Shown one piece after another: positions 38,201 through 52,000 of a stretch of DNA of 64,000 bases (position 1 is the first letter of the stretch; every line of letters begins with the position of its first letter). The stretch is from Podarcis erhardii (lineage: Eukaryota). Where the stretch lies: assembly GCA_964252035.1 (NCBI GenBank), contig OZ176206.1, one strand, 5' to 3'. A program made the position numbers and the translations under genes. The notes under the pieces were generated by a model that ran no database searches, was not told the DNA's origin, and saw nothing but the letters and a program-made list of their open reading frames with translations.

Positions 38201-41200
38201 ATGTGTTGCACAGCTGCCTTCATTTTAGCCAATCTCCTTTCGTGAATAATTCCGTATCTTCCCAAAAGGAGGGTCCCTCTCTAACAGTCAGGCTGATATA
38301 TTTGGTGTGGAATTCAGTCTCCTATTCATTAAGGTTAGAAGAGTAGACTGTCCAACTTGAAAAGACAAAGTAATAGTGGAGATGGGGCATACATGGGAAA
38401 TGTGGAAATAATTTTATGAACTTGCTTGAAAGTTCTGCTATACTAGTTGCCAGCCTGCTCCTGCTTGCAAACATTTCCTAAAAGCCTTTATATTAAAAAA
38501 ACAAAAACCCAAGATTCTTATTTCCAGTAGAACAATTTTCTGAATAGAAGATGATGCAAGGAGATCCACTGCCTAAGACAAAGATATAGAGACTGAGCCC
38601 AGGCTGTGAGAGTGTAGAACTAAGGCAATTTTAGACCCTGGATGGGTTTGGCAAATAATATTAGTTGCCAGCCAAATGGCAAACATTATCACCTAATGAG
38701 TTCTTCCATGCCTTGGATCATCAGAAGAGTTCCTTTCTTCCCTTTCTTTCTCCCATTTTATTACTACAAACCATATAGCAATCACACAAAGGTTTCACAA
38801 TACTCACTTGCAACGTCTTTTGCAAATCAAGGTTCTAAATAGAAAAGGAAATTGAATTTATTAGACATTCATGTCTGGCCAAGGTCCAGGATTTAAGGAA
38901 ACAGAAGTGTAAAAAAGGAGACCTGCAAGGGGCAGCAGATTATATCTGAATGTTTAAAATTTAATTCCTGGCTTTGGAGATGGCAAGCATTTTAGCTCTG
39001 TGAATTTTCCCCTGGCTGAAATTATATATTGTGACAGAGAATAACTTTTCCTTTCCTCCTTTCCCCCATCTCCTTTCCACTTTCCTGCTATAAATCATAT
39101 AGGAAACCCACTCAAGAATCACAATACATTCATGGCTGCATTCACATCAAGACCCTAAACTGAAAAGCAAATCGAACTGATTAGCAAATGGTATGGTGGG
39201 AGATCCAGTCCCAGGTTTGCCACCTAACACAGAGTTTCATCCTCAAGCAGGAATTCTACCATTTCTTGTGGCAGAGATCAGAATATAAAGGCAAACCAAT
39301 GGAAGCTGATTCAGTCTCACGTGTTGTGCAGTTGCCTTCATTTTTGCCAATTTCCTTTCTTGAATTCTTCCATACCTTCTCGAAAGGAGGCTCCCTCTCT
39401 AACAGCCAGGCTGATATATTTGGTATGGAGTTCACTCTCCTACTCATTAAAGTTAGAAGAGCAGATAAAGGAGAGCAGACTGTCCAACTTGCAAATTCAA
39501 AGTAACAGTGGAAATATTTGTATGACCTTTCTTGGAAATTCCGCCTTCCTTCCCTCCTTTCCTCTCATAATACTACTACAGACCATATAGTAATCACACA
39601 AAGGTTTCACAATACTCATGTTCAACGTTTCTCCCAAACCAATTTTCTAAATAAAAAAGCAAATTGAATTTATTAGACAAGTTAATTGGACAGCTTATAA
39701 TTTGTGCTATTTTACAGAGGACATTTGGCTTTTCTGAGGAGCCATGAGTACACAGAACTCTATGTAAAGGTATCCTGGCCAAAGTCCTGTTTAAGGATAC
39801 AGAAATTGGAGAAGGGAGGCTTGCAGGGGCCTCCTGTTTTGTTTCTCTTTCTAGTTCTTGCCCATATTGAGGATCATATCATAGCATGAAAGGATGCTAT
39901 ATGAATATTTGATATTTCAAAGCCTACAGTGGAAAATGGCATGGTGGGAGATATAGACACTGAAATGGCACATAGCACATAGTTTCATTCTCAGGCAGGG
40001 ATTCCCTCTTTTCCTGAAGGAAAGATCAGAATAAATAAGCAAACGGATCTAAAGACAGTCTCACATGTCTTCATTTTAGCCAATCTCCTTTCCTGGGTAA
40101 TTCCATACCCTCCTGAAAGGAAGGTCCCTCTCAAGTAACCAGGCTGATAGATTTGGTGTGGACTTCACTCTCCTTTTCCATTAAGGTTAGAAAAGCAGAT
40201 GAAGGAGAGTTGAGTGTCCAACGGGCAAAGACAAAGTATTAGTGGAGATGGGGCATAACATGGAAAATTTGAAAGTGCTTTCATGAAACTGCCTGGAGGT
40301 TCAGCTATACTAGTTACCAGCTAGGTCCTGCTTACAGACCTTTCCTTTAAAAAACACCTTTATTAAAAACCCACAATGCTTATTTCCAGTACAACAATTT
40401 TCTGAAGAGAAGAGGATGCCTTTGCCCTAGGCGATCAGCTGCCCCCAAAAGGATATGAAATTAGAGCCCAGGATGTGGGGGTTCAATAAAACAATTTAAA
40501 TTCCTGGGTGGACCTAAAATTTAATTTATTAGCTAGTCCTTACTCAACAGCTAAATCATTCATCACTGAAGTGCCTGAAATAGGAGACTTCAGCATTCAA
40601 AAGGCAGAATTTTACCATATTTTCATAAACTGCGTAATAAGATCCAAAGAGATACCAGAACCTCTAACAAAAATGTGATCAAGCTTGTTGCTTTTGCACC
40701 AAACTTTTCAATATATTCTTTCTGGAAATATAGACTGAATCTAACACACACAAGGATCGAACAGTACTATGAAGAGAAGAGAGAACTCAACCAAACAAAG
40801 GTTCCTTCTGTAGCAAACTGATTAGAACTGGAGAACAGATTGTCATATACTTGCCAGGCTGGGATCATACTTTGAGGCAGAAAAGTACTCGCTCCCTCCC
40901 TCCCTCCCAGTTTCCCACTCCAGAGCATACAATAAATAAACAAAAGTTCCACAATACTCACATCCACTAAACCAGACACACCAAGACTCTAAATTGAACA
41001 ACAAAATGAACTGATTAGCAAATGGCATCGTGGGAGAACAGATTGTTCGTCATTTTCTTCGCTGGCAGTGATATCATATTTTGAGGCAGAAAAGCCCTCC
41101 CTCCCAGTTTCCCACTCCAGATCATACAATAAGTACAAAAAGTGCCATAATACTCATGTCCACTACATCAGACAAACCAAGATTCTAAATTGAACAACAA

Positions 41201-44200
41201 ATTGAAATGATTAGCAAACTGCATGATGGGAGCTCCAGCCACAAGTATATCACGTAACACAGTTTTATCTTCAGGCAGGGATTCTCCCACTTCATGGGGG
41301 AAAATGAGAATTTACAGGCAAACTAGGGTTAGAAGAGCGGATAAAGAAGAGCAGACCGTCCAACGTGCAAAGACAAAGTAATAGTGGAAAATGTGTAAAA
41401 CAACAACAACAAAAAGTAACTTATGTAAAATTTGAAAATATTTTCATGGAATTGCTTGGACATTCTGCTAGACTGGTTGCCAGCCAGTAGGATAAGATAA
41501 GTTATTGATGAGGCTAAAATTCCTTGGTTTGGAATTCAAACTTCCTTGAGTAATAATGACTGGCTTTCACAAATGGAAAACATTATAGCGTAGTGAATTT
41601 CCCCCCCAGTGGGATCATCCTATGAGCAACAGAAGACCTTCTCCCTCCCACTACAAATCTTAGGGTATGAAGATTTCTCAATACTCACGCTAGTTGCTCC
41701 ACCCAGAAGCTAAATTGAAAAGGAAATTCAACTTGTTAGTCTGCCATGTTCTCTTAACTGCTTAACATGTGGAAATGTCATGTAACACATATTTAGGTCC
41801 TAAGGCAAGGATTCCCCTATTCATCAAGGAAACATCAGAAGAGAAAGCAGAAGCGATCTGAACTGATTCAGTCTCATGTGCATCACAACTGCCTCCATAT
41901 TAGTCATTTTTCTTTACAGAGCAATTCCATAACAAAGGAGAGGAATCCAACCAAATTGCAAAGAGAAGGAAATAGTGGAGGTGGGGCATAATGCGGAAAA
42001 TCTGAAAACTCTTTTTAGAAAAATCATTGGGTAAACTATTTGCCAGCCAGATCCTGCTCCCATATGTTTCCTAAGAAACCTTCTGGATTTCAAATTATTG
42101 TAAATAATCTGTAATGTAACGCACTTTTTGTATGTTACTTTAACTAATAAACGCATATTTTTACCCTGCCCCATGCATTTTTGTACACACTGCTTGCCTG
42201 GAGAGCACCACTGCAACATTCAGTGAATGTTGAATTCAGAAGCGCTGATATGTTCCAGTTAGTACAGCATTTTGTTTCAGAAAGTGAGAAGTAGGCAAGT
42301 GGGGTTTAAAATGATAGCTGAATCTAATTTCTCCCTCATCTCTACATCAGACTGGATTTTTTCTTCCCCTTGGCTTTCTTCATCATTTCCTGAAGTTCCC
42401 CTCCCCAATATTTGGGGCTAATAGATTCAGTGAAATGTCTATCATCATTTGCCAAAAGGCTTAGGACAGAAGGTAAAGGAGAGGATATCAGACAGACCAA
42501 CCCACAGGGACAAAAATACAGCAGAGGGACATAACATCAAAAAGGTCTCTTTTAGGAAATAACTAGATGTTTTCCAGCCTACATCAAAGATATATTTTTT
42601 TTAATTGTGATTTCAGTTGCAGTATAAAAATTTCCCAAAGAGAAGGACAGGACCCCCCGCCCCACAAAAAACACCTCCCCAAAGAACAGTATAATGAAGG
42701 AGCCCAGAATAAATTCTACCCATGCCTGGGCTATTTGATTTAGTTTCAGATTCCCAGAAGACATGAACCAGAATCAATCAGGATACGACCACATGACTAA
42801 ATGTTAAAAAATAAATAATTCTTTTTTTAAATTGAAAAGTCACAATAAATACTGGATACTTACTGGAGATCTCTTCTTCCTCTGTTGTTGTTTTACAAAG
42901 GGAAACAATAGTGTTTTTTTAGTTTTTTGCTTTTTTGCTTTTCATATATTTTATCATCAAATATATTAAAAGAAAATACAGAAAAGATCAAATTGTTATT
43001 TATTTCTGTTATTTATTTATTTATGTTATTACCCCATTTCTGAGTATATTACAGGAGAAACACATTATACTTGTTTCTGTTCACATCTCTGTATTAGAAG
43101 TGACTCTCAACATACATGAGGGTTATGTTCCAGGGACAACGCATAAAGCCAAAATTTTGTATAATCAAAATACATTCTCCCTGCACCTCCAAACACTCTC
43201 CTAAGGTAGGGTTAACAAAGTTTCTCCCCTCAAACGTCCGCCCCCTTATTTATTTATGTTTAGCCAAGTGAGTAAAGCTGAACGTGCATAAGTTACGTTG
43301 TGAGTTACCAGTATGAGAAAGAAACTTGTGTTGCTATTGATGTGCACTTTGACCCCCGTGTACATTAACATGCAACTGAAGTCCTCAATTCCCACTAGAA
43401 ATCCAGATTTCTCCCTCTCCTGGCTGTTCTGCAAGCTGCAGTTTCTGGAGGCAGCACTACCTGCTCACATTATGCTGAAAACTGTCTCATTGCTATCCGT
43501 AATATATGCATGGTTATCAATCTATCAAAAATATGTATCAAATAGCATATTTTTTTACTTTTACCAATAGGCAGCATTTCCTCATATTTCCATATGCTAC
43601 ATATTAAGATCCAAAGAGACACCTGAAACTCTGAGGGAAACTGAGTAACTCTGTTGCTTTAGTACCAAACTCGTCAAGATCTAATACACACCATGAATCC
43701 AACACTACTACAGAAAGAAGAGATAATTTAGCTGCAAAGGCTTCCTTCTATAGTAGGCTGCTTAGAACAGAAGAATCGATTGCTTGTCATATTCTTCTCT
43801 GGCTGGGATCTCATATTCTGAGCGAGAGAAGAACTTCCTCCTTGCCTCCCTCCCACCTTCCCAATATAGACTATACAATAAATACACAAAAGTTCCACAA
43901 TACTCACGCCTAGTACTTTGGACAAATCAAGACCCTAAATTGAAAAACAAATTGAACTTATTAGGCTTTCAGGTACCCTACATTACAGATGAGTCTTTGA
44001 AAGTAGATAACTGAAAACAGTCAGTCTTCAATAAAAATGTGTTCTCTTTTGAGGGGATGCCTGGTCCAAGTCCAGATCTTTCCCAAAAATCCTTGTGTAT
44101 TTTCCCTTCCAGGACAATAGTATTTTGACACAAATTAAAAGAGGATGCCATGGAAATCAGTTTCCCAAAGCAAAAGGAAAGGAACAGAATCCAATCTGTG

Positions 44201-45973
44201 GTCACACAGTAAGACAATTTGAGACCCTGGACTGACTGGCCTTATGGGGGCACTGGGTCAGGAAGACATCTGAATCTCAGGAGGAAACTCACTTTGATCT
44301 TCAGAAAAGGCCTGGCTCTGGTTTGCATCACTAACTGTGTTATTGGTGGTGAGTGTGAAAGGAAGGGCCTTTTGGGTGGTTATGCCCACATTTCAGGAAG
44401 AGATAAGTTACTATGTCTTCCACGTTTCTCATTGCTGCTGTAGTTTTGGGGTTTTGTTTCATATGTTTCCTTTGCTTCACAGATTCTTGCTTTTAATATG
44501 GCTGTTAGCAATACTAAGGGACCTTTTCCAGGAAGGATATGTGAGATATGAACATTTTAATACAACTCAAATTACGTGGGCTTCAAGAGACAGAGCACTA
44601 GGAGAATTCAGATACTCCAATTATTCATGTGGCATTCACACCCCAATGTTCCCAAAAGCTTTACACCAACTGGAAACCCAAGACTTGTCATATGAAGTGA
44701 CAATATACAGTACAGTAGATCTGCATGCCCCATGGGCGTCATGTTTCGGGGGTTTACGTACAAAGGCAAAACCATGCAAAGTGAGGAGAAATATGAAGGG
44801 ATGTCAATCCAAGTCCAGTTACATATTACACTATCTTAGAGACACCTACAATAAGACATCCCAGCTTTTATTTACTTCATGTCAGCAATGAATGTAGGGA
44901 AGCAGCAAATGATAATCAAATGCTCTTCACAAATGCCTACCTTTTAAAAAGGGCAATCATATTAACTCTCTCTGTTCTTCCCTGGCTTGGATCATATTTT
45001 GAAAAAGAGAAGAACTAAATGGAAATAACAAGTTGAACTTCCTATGTTTTTGTGCTAAATTTTATAATTCTCTGCTTGGGTATCAAAAGTTGGCTGCCTG
45101 TAACAAATGGCAAACATTATAGCCCAATGAGTTCTTCCCTTGCTGGGATCATCCTCTGACCACCTCCTTCCTTCCCTTCCTGCTTTCCATTTTCACACTA
45201 CATACAATATAATAATCATTCAAAGGTTTCACAATACTCACGCTCAATAGACCTTGCAAACCCTACAGTGAAAAACAAATAAAACTTGTTAGGCTTTCAT
45301 GTTGTTTGCGCCCCTTATAATCTGCAACACTTGACAGAGCACAGTTGTTTATTCTGAAGAACCATCAGTACACAGTCCACTATGTAAAAGTGTCCTTTGA
45401 GAGAATATGTGGCCAAAGTCCAGTTTAAGGATACAGGGCACAGCAGATTATATCTAAAATATAATCGTTCAAAATTCCTGCCTTTGGAAAGGCAAGGCAT
45501 TTTAGCTCTGTGAATTCTTCCCTGGCTGAGGTTATATTGTGGCAGAGAGTAACTTTTCCTTTCTTCCTCATGTCCACTTTCCCACTAAAAAGAAAACAAA
45601 AAAATCTCAATACTCACTGCCAAGGCTCCATTCGCATCAGCACGCTAAATTGAAAAGCAGATTGAACTGATTAGCAAATGGTATGGGAGATCCGGTCACA
45701 GATATGACACGTAACACATAGTTGGGTCAATACATATCAAGTACTAACAAGAATTCTTTCAAAGCGTTAATTCTATCAGGCAACAGCAAGCTATAACTCA
45801 GCATTGGAACACATTTTTAAAAGAAAAGCCTGACTAGCTTTTCAGATATCTTTTAAATAAAAAACTTTTTAAAGAAATTCCTGAAGTAAGTGCTATCTTT
45901 ATTCTGTTATATTTTACTCCAAGAAGGCCCATTTATCCTAAATAGAACCCCATAAGGTGGAGATGTATGTACA

Positions 45974-46012
<39 letters not shown>

Positions 46013-49000
46013 CCCATTGAGATCCCAAGAAGAAAGTTTGCAAGCAGCTCTTAGAAATATTAAATAAATACATTTTTGGACATTTATATATATATAATAT
46101 AATAATTTTTAATTACTTTTTAAAATTTTAGAATTTGTAAATTAAATTGAAACTCTAAAGTAAGTACATCATATAACATATAATATTAAAAACCATGGCG
46201 TTCTGAAGAGATTGGTGTTTTTAGTTTTTATCTGAATTCTGGGTTGAGCTTTTCAGGTGTTTGTGTAGTCTGGCAAGGCCAAAAAATAATAGTGGAGTTG
46301 GAGCATACAAGGAAAATCTGAAAATATTTTCATGATATTGTTTGGAAGTTCAGCTATTCTGTTGAGAGCCAACTCCTGCTTGCAGAGCTTTCCTAAAAAG
46401 CCTCTCTTAAAAGCCCAGATTCTTCTTTTCAAGATAAAACTATTTTCTGAACAAAAGAGAAATCAGCTGCCCAAAACAAAGATATATAGATGGAGCCTAG
46501 GCTGCAGGGATTTATAAAGGCAATTTTAGAACCTGGATGGGCCTAGAATTGCATTTTGCAGGGGGAGGTTCAAACAAAACAGACCATATAGGTAATACAC
46601 AAAGACTTCAAAATACTCACTTCCAGTGTCGAATGCACCTGAGGATCCTAAATTGAAAAGCAAATGGAATTACTTGGGCTTTTATGTACTCATAACACTA
46701 TGTCAGGTAACACCTATACATAGGAAAATCATCTACTTTGAAGGGTTGTCAGCTATTTAAAAGTGCTCTCTATATGAAGGGAGATTAATCAAAGTCCAGA
46801 TACATATGAAACACTGCTTGGGGAGATCTACAATGAGACGCCCCAGCTTTCATTTTCTTAATGGTAGCAATGAATGTAGGGGGGCAGCAAATGCTTTGAC
46901 AAATGCCTAGCTTTAAGAAAGGGCAATCATATTAGCTCTGTTTGTTCTTCCCTGACTTGGATTCTATTTGGGGGGGGGGACCTACTCTTTTCTTCCCCGC
47001 CTTCCTCCCACTTTCCCATTATGGACTACGTAGACAAAACAATGGTTCACAATTCAAACATTCACTTTCTCAACAGCACCCTAAATGGAAATAAATGGAA
47101 AGTTCTCACTACAAACCATAGAATAACCATAGAAAGCTTTCACAATACTCACATTCACCATTTGATTCAAAACCTACAGTGAAAAGCAAATTGAACATAT
47201 TAGGCTTTCATGTTCTTTGCACGACATATATTTTGCAATACTTGAGAGAGGACAATTGCTTATTCTGAAGAACCATCAGCACACAGTCCACTGTGTAAAA
47301 GTGTCCTCTGTTTGAGAGAATGTTTAGCCAAAAGTCCAGGAATTTAGCCCATTTCCTTCCTTGAATCATTCCATACCTTCTGGAAAAGAGGGGTGGCAAC
47401 TAATATTAGTTGCCAGCCAAATGGCAAACATTATCGCCTAATGAGTTCTTCCATGATTTGGGTCATCCACTGAGTCACAGAAGAGTTCCTCCTTCCTTCT
47501 CTCTCTTCCTCCCATTTTACTGCAACAAACTGTATCGTAAACACAATAAGCTTTCGCAATACTCACTTGCAGTTTCTCTGGCAGAGCAAGGCTCTAAATA
47601 GAAAAGCAAATTCAATTTATTAGATATTAGTGAGCCAACAGTAGATATTAGTGAGCCAACATGAGCCAACAGTGTGACACGGCAGCTAAAAAAGCCAATG
47701 CAATTCTGGGCTGCATCAATAGGAGTATAGCATCTAGATCAAGGGAAGTAATAGTGCCACTGTATTCTGCTCTGGTCAGACCTCACCTGGAGTACTGTGT
47801 CCAGTTCTGGGCACCACAGTTCAAGAAGGACACTGACAAACTGGAACGTGTCCAGAGGAGGGCAACCAAAATGGTCAAAGGCCTGGAAACGATGCCTTAT
47901 GAGGAACGGCTAAAGGAGCTGGGCATGTTTAGCCTGGAGAAGAGGAGGTTAAGGGGTGATATGATAGCCATGTTCAAATATATAAAAGGATGTCACATAG
48001 AGGAGGGAGAAAGGTTGTTTTCTGCTGCTCCAGAGAAGCGGACACTGAGCAATGGTTCCAAACTACAAGAAAAAAGATTCCACCTAAACATTAGGAAGAA
48101 CTTCCTGACAGTGAGAGCTGTTTGACAGTGGAATTTGCTGCCAAGGAGTGTGGTGGAGTCTCCTTTTTTGGAGGTCTTTAAGCAGAGGCTTGACGACCAT
48201 ATGTCAGGAGTACTCTGATGGCGTTTCCTGCTTGGCAGGGGGTTGGACTCGATGGCCCTTGTGGTCTCTTCCAACTCTATGATTCTATGATTCTATGATT
48301 CTAGTGTCTGGCCAAAGTTCAGTATTTAAGAATACAGAAATGTAAAAAATGAAACCTGCAGGGGGCAGCAGATTATATCTGAATGCCTAAAAGAATTCAT
48401 TGCTTTAGGAAAGGGCAGGCATTTTAGCTCTGTGAATTCTTCCCAGCATGAGGTTATATATTGTAACAGAGAATAACTATTCCTCTCCCCACCTCCCAAC
48501 TCCCTTCCACTTTCCCACTACAAATCATATATTAAACCCACTCAAGAATCACAATACATTCATGGCTGCATTCACATCAAGATCCTAAACTGAAAAGCAA
48601 ATCGAACTCATTAGCCAACGGAAACTGATTCAGTCTCATGTGTTGCACAGCTGCCTTCATTTTAGCCAATTTCCTTTTGTGAAATTTTCTTTATCTTCCC
48701 AAAAGGAGGGTCCCTCTCTAACAGTCAGGCTGATATATTTGGCGTGGAATTCAGTCTCCTATTCATTAAGGTTAGAAGAGCAGATAAAGAAGAGTAGACT
48801 GTCCAACTTGAAAAGACAAAGTCATAGTGGAGATGGGGCATACATGGAAAATGTGGAAATAATTTTATGAACTTGCTTCGAAGTTCTGCTATACTAGTTG
48901 CCAGCCTCCTCCTGCTTGCAGACATTTCCTAAAAGCCTTTATATTAAAAAAAACAAAAACCCAAGATTCTTATTTCCAGTAGAACAATTTTCTGAATAGA

Positions 49001-52000
49001 AGATGATGCAAGGAGATCCACTGCCTAAGACAAAGATATAGAGACTGAGCCCAGGCTGCGAGAGTGCAGAACTAAGGCAGTTTTAGACCCTGGATGGGTC
49101 TGGCAAACAATATTAGTTGCCAGCCAAATGGCAAGCCTTACAGCCTAACGAGTTCTTCCAAGAAGTGTGCATGCACACGAAAGCTCATACCTAGAACAAC
49201 TTAGTTGGTCTTTAAGGTGCTACTGGAAGGAATTTTTTTTATTTTGTTTTGACTATGGCAGACCAACACGGCTACCTATCTGTAACAAGTTCTTGCATGC
49301 CTTGGATCATCCTCTGAGTCACAGAAGAGTTCCTCCTTCCTTCCCTTTCTTTCTCCCATTTTACTACTACAAACCATATAGCAATCACACAAAGGTTTCA
49401 CAATACTCACTTGCAATGTCTTTTGCAAATCAAGGTTCTAAATAGAAAAGGAAATTGAATTTATTAGACATTCATGTCTGGCCAAGGTCCAGGATTTAAT
49501 GAAACAGAAGTGTAAAAAAGAGACCTACAAGGGGCAGCAGATTATATCTAAATGCCTAAAAAAATTAATTCCTGGCTTTGGAAATGGCAAGCATTTTAGC
49601 TCTGTGAATTCTTCCCTAGATGAAGTTATATATTGTGACAGAGAATAACTTTTCCTTTCCTCCCCATCTCCTTTCCACTTTCCTGCTATAAATCATATAG
49701 GAAATCCACTCAAGAATCACAACACATTCATGGCTGCATTCACATCAAGACCCTAAACTGAAAAGCAAATCGAACTGATTAGCAAATGGTATGGTGGGAG
49801 ATCCAGTCCCAGGTTTGCCACCTAACACAGAGTTTCATCCTCAAGCAGGAATTCTACCATTTCTTGTGGCAGAGATCAGAATATAAAGGCAAACCAACGG
49901 AAGCTGATTCAGTCTCACGTGTTGTGCAGTTGCCTTCATTTTTGCCAATTTCCTTTCTTGAATTCTTCCATACCTTCTCGAAAGGAGGCTCCCTCTCTAA
50001 CAGCCAGGCTGATATATTTGGTATGGAGTTCACTCTCCTACTCATTAAAGTTAGAAGAGCAGATAAAGGAGAGCAGACTGTCCAACTTGCAAAGTCAAAG
50101 TAACAGTGGAAATATTTGTATGACCTTTCTTGGAAATTCCGCCTTCCTTCCCTCCCTTCCTCTCATATTACTACTAGGGACCATACAGTAATCACACAAA
50201 GGTTTCACAATACTCACGTTCACCGTTTCTCCAAGTTTCTAAATAAAAAAGCAAATTGAATTTATTAGACAAGTTAATTGGACAGCTTATAATTTGTGCT
50301 ATTTTACAGAGGACATTTGGCTTTTCTGAGGAGCCACGAGTACACAGAACTCTATGTAAAGGTATCCTGGCCAAAGTCCTGTTTAAGGATACAGAAATTG
50401 GAGAAGGGAGGCTTGCAGGGGCCTCCTGTTTTGTTTCTCTTTCTAGTTCTTGCCCATATTGAGGATCATATCATAGCATGAAAGGATGCTATATGAATAT
50501 TTGATATTTCAAAGCCTACAGTGGAAAATGGCATGGTGGGAGATATAGACACTGAAATGGCGCATAGCACATAGTTTCATCCTCAGGCAGGGATTCCCTC
50601 TTTTCCTGAAGGAAAGATCAGAATAAATAAGCAAACGGATCTAAAGACAGTCTCACATGTCTTCATTTTAGCCAATCTCCTTTCCTGGGTAATTCCATAC
50701 CTTCCTGAAAGGAAGGTCCCTCTCAAGTAACCAGGCTGATAGATTTGGTGTGGACTTCACTCTCCTTTTCCATTAAGGCTAGAAAAGCAGATGAAGGAAA
50801 GTTGAGTGTCCAATGGGCAAAGACAAAGTATTAGTGGAGATGGGGCATAACATGGAAAATTTGAAAGTGCTTTCATGAAACTGCCTGGAGGTTCAGCTAT
50901 ACTAGTTACCAGCTAGGTCCTGCTTACAGACCTTTCCTTTAAAAAACACCTTTATTAAAAACCCACAATGCTTATTTCCAGTACAACAATTTTTGGAAGA
51001 GAAGAGGATGCCTTTGCCCTAGGCAGTCAGCTGCCCCCAAAAGGATATGAAATTAGAGCCCAGGATGTGGGGGTTCAATAAAGCAATTTAAATTCCTGGG
51101 TGGGCCTAAAATTAAATTTATTAGCTAGTCTTTACTCAACAGCTCAATCATTCATCACTGAAGTGCCTGAAATAGGAGACTTCAGCATTCAAAAGGCAGA
51201 ATTTTACCATATTTTCATAAACTGCCTAACAAGATCCAAAGAGATACCAGAACCTCTAAGAAAAATGTGATCAAGCTTGTTGCTTTTGCACCAAACTTTT
51301 CAATATATTCTTTCTGGAAATATAGACTGAATCTAACACACACAAGGATCGAACAGTACTATGAAGAGAAGAGAGAACTCAACCAAACAAAGGTTCCTTC
51401 TGTAGCAAACTGATTAGAACTGGAGAACAGATTGTCATATACTTGCCTGGCTGGGATCATACTTTTCTGGGAGGCAGAAAAGTACTCGCTCCCTCCCTCC
51501 CTCCCAGTTTCCCACTCCAGAGCATACAATAAATAAACAAAAGTTCCACAATACTCACATCCACTAAACCAGACACACCAAGACTCTAAATTGAACAACA
51601 AAATGAACTGATTAGCAAATGGCATCGTGGGAGAACAGATTGTTCGTCATTTTCTTCCCTGGGAGTGGTATCATATTTTGAGGCAGAAAAGCCCTCCCTC
51701 CCAGTTTCCCACTCCAGATCATACAATAAGTACAAAAAGTGCCATAATACTCATGTCCACTACATCAGACAAACCAAGATTCTAAATTGAACAACAAATT
51801 GAACTGATTAGCAAACTGCATGATGGGAGCTCCAGCCACAAGTATATAACGTAACACAGTTTTATCTTCAGGCAGGGATTCTCCCACTTCATGGGGGAAA
51901 ATGAGAATTTACAGGCAAACTAGGGTTAGAAGAGCAGATAAAGAAGAGCAGACCATCCAACGTGCAAAGACAAAGTAATGATGAGGCTAAGTTTTATAAT

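Larger units (their letters stand above)
38021..51781 (-). pseudogene. Seven gene A pseudo-exons with GT>AT donor loss
   Basis: 38021-38041 GLDVNAS; 39134-39154 GLDVNAA; 39620-39646 KIGLGETLN; 41158-41184 NLGLSDVVD; 48564-48584 DLDVNAA; 49732-49752 GLDVNAA; 51755-51781 NLGLSDVVD. Acceptors intact; donors atgagt/atgaat. Confidence 0.75.
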
